DNA of 64,000 bases from Phoronis australis (Eukaryota > Animalia > Phoronida), in assembly GCA_002633005.1 (NCBI GenBank), contig NMRA01000148.1, positions 186,001 through 250,000 on the forward strand, given 5' to 3'. Below are positions 62,601-64,000 of this stretch, in pieces. Made by a program: the position numbers and the translations under genes. The notes below the pieces were generated by a model. That model was not told where the DNA came from. It was given only the letters and a program-made list of their open reading frames with translations, and ran no database searches. How positions within the stretch are numbered: position 1 is the first letter of the stretch; each line of letters begins with the position of its first letter.

Positions 62601-64000
62601 TGCTAATTAGTGGTTATACATTCAGGTAAATATTAAATACAAGAAAATCTTTCCATGGTGAGTCATCTGCATGGAAGTGTTGTCATCAATAGGAATTTCA
62701 TAAATCATAGTCTTTATCTCACATCTGTGCTTTTCTGAAAAAGTGTTGTGTTTTGCAATTTGATGACATCGGTATTTTATACGCTTTGTAATTTTTAGGA
62801 AAACTATATTACCTAAGGATTTTCAAGCACAAACAGGAACATTCTATGGAAATGAAACCCATTATAATTTGGATACAGGTGAATTTCTGTTTTTGAGTGA
62901 TTCACAGGTTTGGCTTGTGAACATGACTAGTGCACACATGCCTAAGTATAGTTGCCACAGCTATAAATAGTTGGTCGGAAATGGTTGAGTGTTGCATGAC
63001 TACTTGATAGTAGGAGGGCTGACTGTGTACATGGTGCTCCATTCTCACCTCATTTCCTTTTCATGTAGTGTGACAAATGTTCAAGAAAATTCGACCATCA
63101 TCTAGCCTAACTTCAGTTGGTGATGTTATTTCAGTGTCTTGAAGCTCAGGTTTGCTCAGCACTCAACAGTTAGTATTCCCAGAGGTTGTGGTCCTGTCTC
63201 TTCAAACACGTTCTCTGAGTCGCCGATTGTGACGACTTTGGTAAATATAGGTAGTTAAAGCGCAACACTATCTATGGGTCTCTAACTCAGACTTAGTTTG
63301 TAGTTTACACTTAGTTGGGTCCCGATTGGTTTTTTCTTCATACTAAGAACTACTATGGTGAGACAGGGCTCTAAAATTCTATACCTGTGTAGGTCCCTCG
63401 AAAAATGTATAAAAATTTGGCTAACTTCGCAACATCGTATCTCAGAAAGGGTTGCTCTGAATCATAAAGTTTCAGATACGGTTTGTACACTGTTCTCCAA
63501 AACGCAGTGTTAGGGATAGTTTTTAAAATGTGCCTTTTTTGCATGAGGGGCTGTAAAAATAGGACTTACATGATTTTCATGAAAAAATCTAGTTCATAAA
63601 GTGAAACAATATTTTAGTAAAATGTAACAATGTTTTTGAGATCTCTTCTTGAACATTTAAACAAAATAAAATTTGATCATGTTATTAATACCATTGTTTC
63701 GTTAATGTACCTTTTACGTTAAATTTTCGTATAAAGACTGGGTCGGTTAATGCAATTAATGGCAAAATGGTAAAAAGTCAAAAATCAAATTGTACAAACT
63801 TTCTACTTTCACCACATAAATACTTTTGTAGAGTTAAAATTTGTAGTTTTGCAGATATTTATCTTAATACAAAGATTTGTCAATAAGGTCCTACATAACT
63901 GGACCTTGCTAGTATTGCAACAGTAAGCAGAGTCTTGTTGCCCTTTGGTTCATGGTGCGGTGGTGTAACATTGAAAAAAAGCCATGTTGCCTTGATATTT

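Overview
Eukaryotic (invertebrate animal-like) genomic DNA: AT-rich, with GT-AG introns, many repeats and three assembly gaps (11261, 36825-37620, 50092-50961). Hand-splicing gives four protein-coding genes. (1) A type-1 paracaspase MALT1/PCASP on the minus strand (16931 to 813, running off the left edge): death domain, Ig, Ig, caspase-like domain with intact His/Cys dyad. (2) Head-to-head with it, LRWD1/ORCA on the plus strand (15 coding exons, 20309-40999, about 656 aa). (3) A small 3-exon C19orf53/LYDG10 (UPF0390) gene on the minus strand (51787-46607, 86 aa), absent from the ORF track as a whole. (4) An intronless DOK4/5/6-like PH+PTB ORF (46564-45911) that starts only 42 nt after the C19orf53 stop. 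The most striking feature is the C19orf53-DOK arrangement. There is no poly(A) signal between the ORFs, the first AATAAA lies 10 nt past the DOK stop, and no AUG occurs in any frame in the 300 spliced nt between the two starts. This suggests a bicistronic, leaky-scanning mRNA. Two near-identical tandem duplications (MALT1 Ig exons; LRWD1 WD40 exons) join at N gaps and are probably uncollapsed haplotypes. Repeats include hAT-like MITEs with 5/6-bp TSDs, Harbinger-like MITEs, a piggyBac-like element, an L1/Tx1 3' end, a Penelope 3' end with a hammerhead ribozyme, tRNA-SINEs and Helentron-like elements. Gene identities come from recalled similarity to human proteins, not from a database search.
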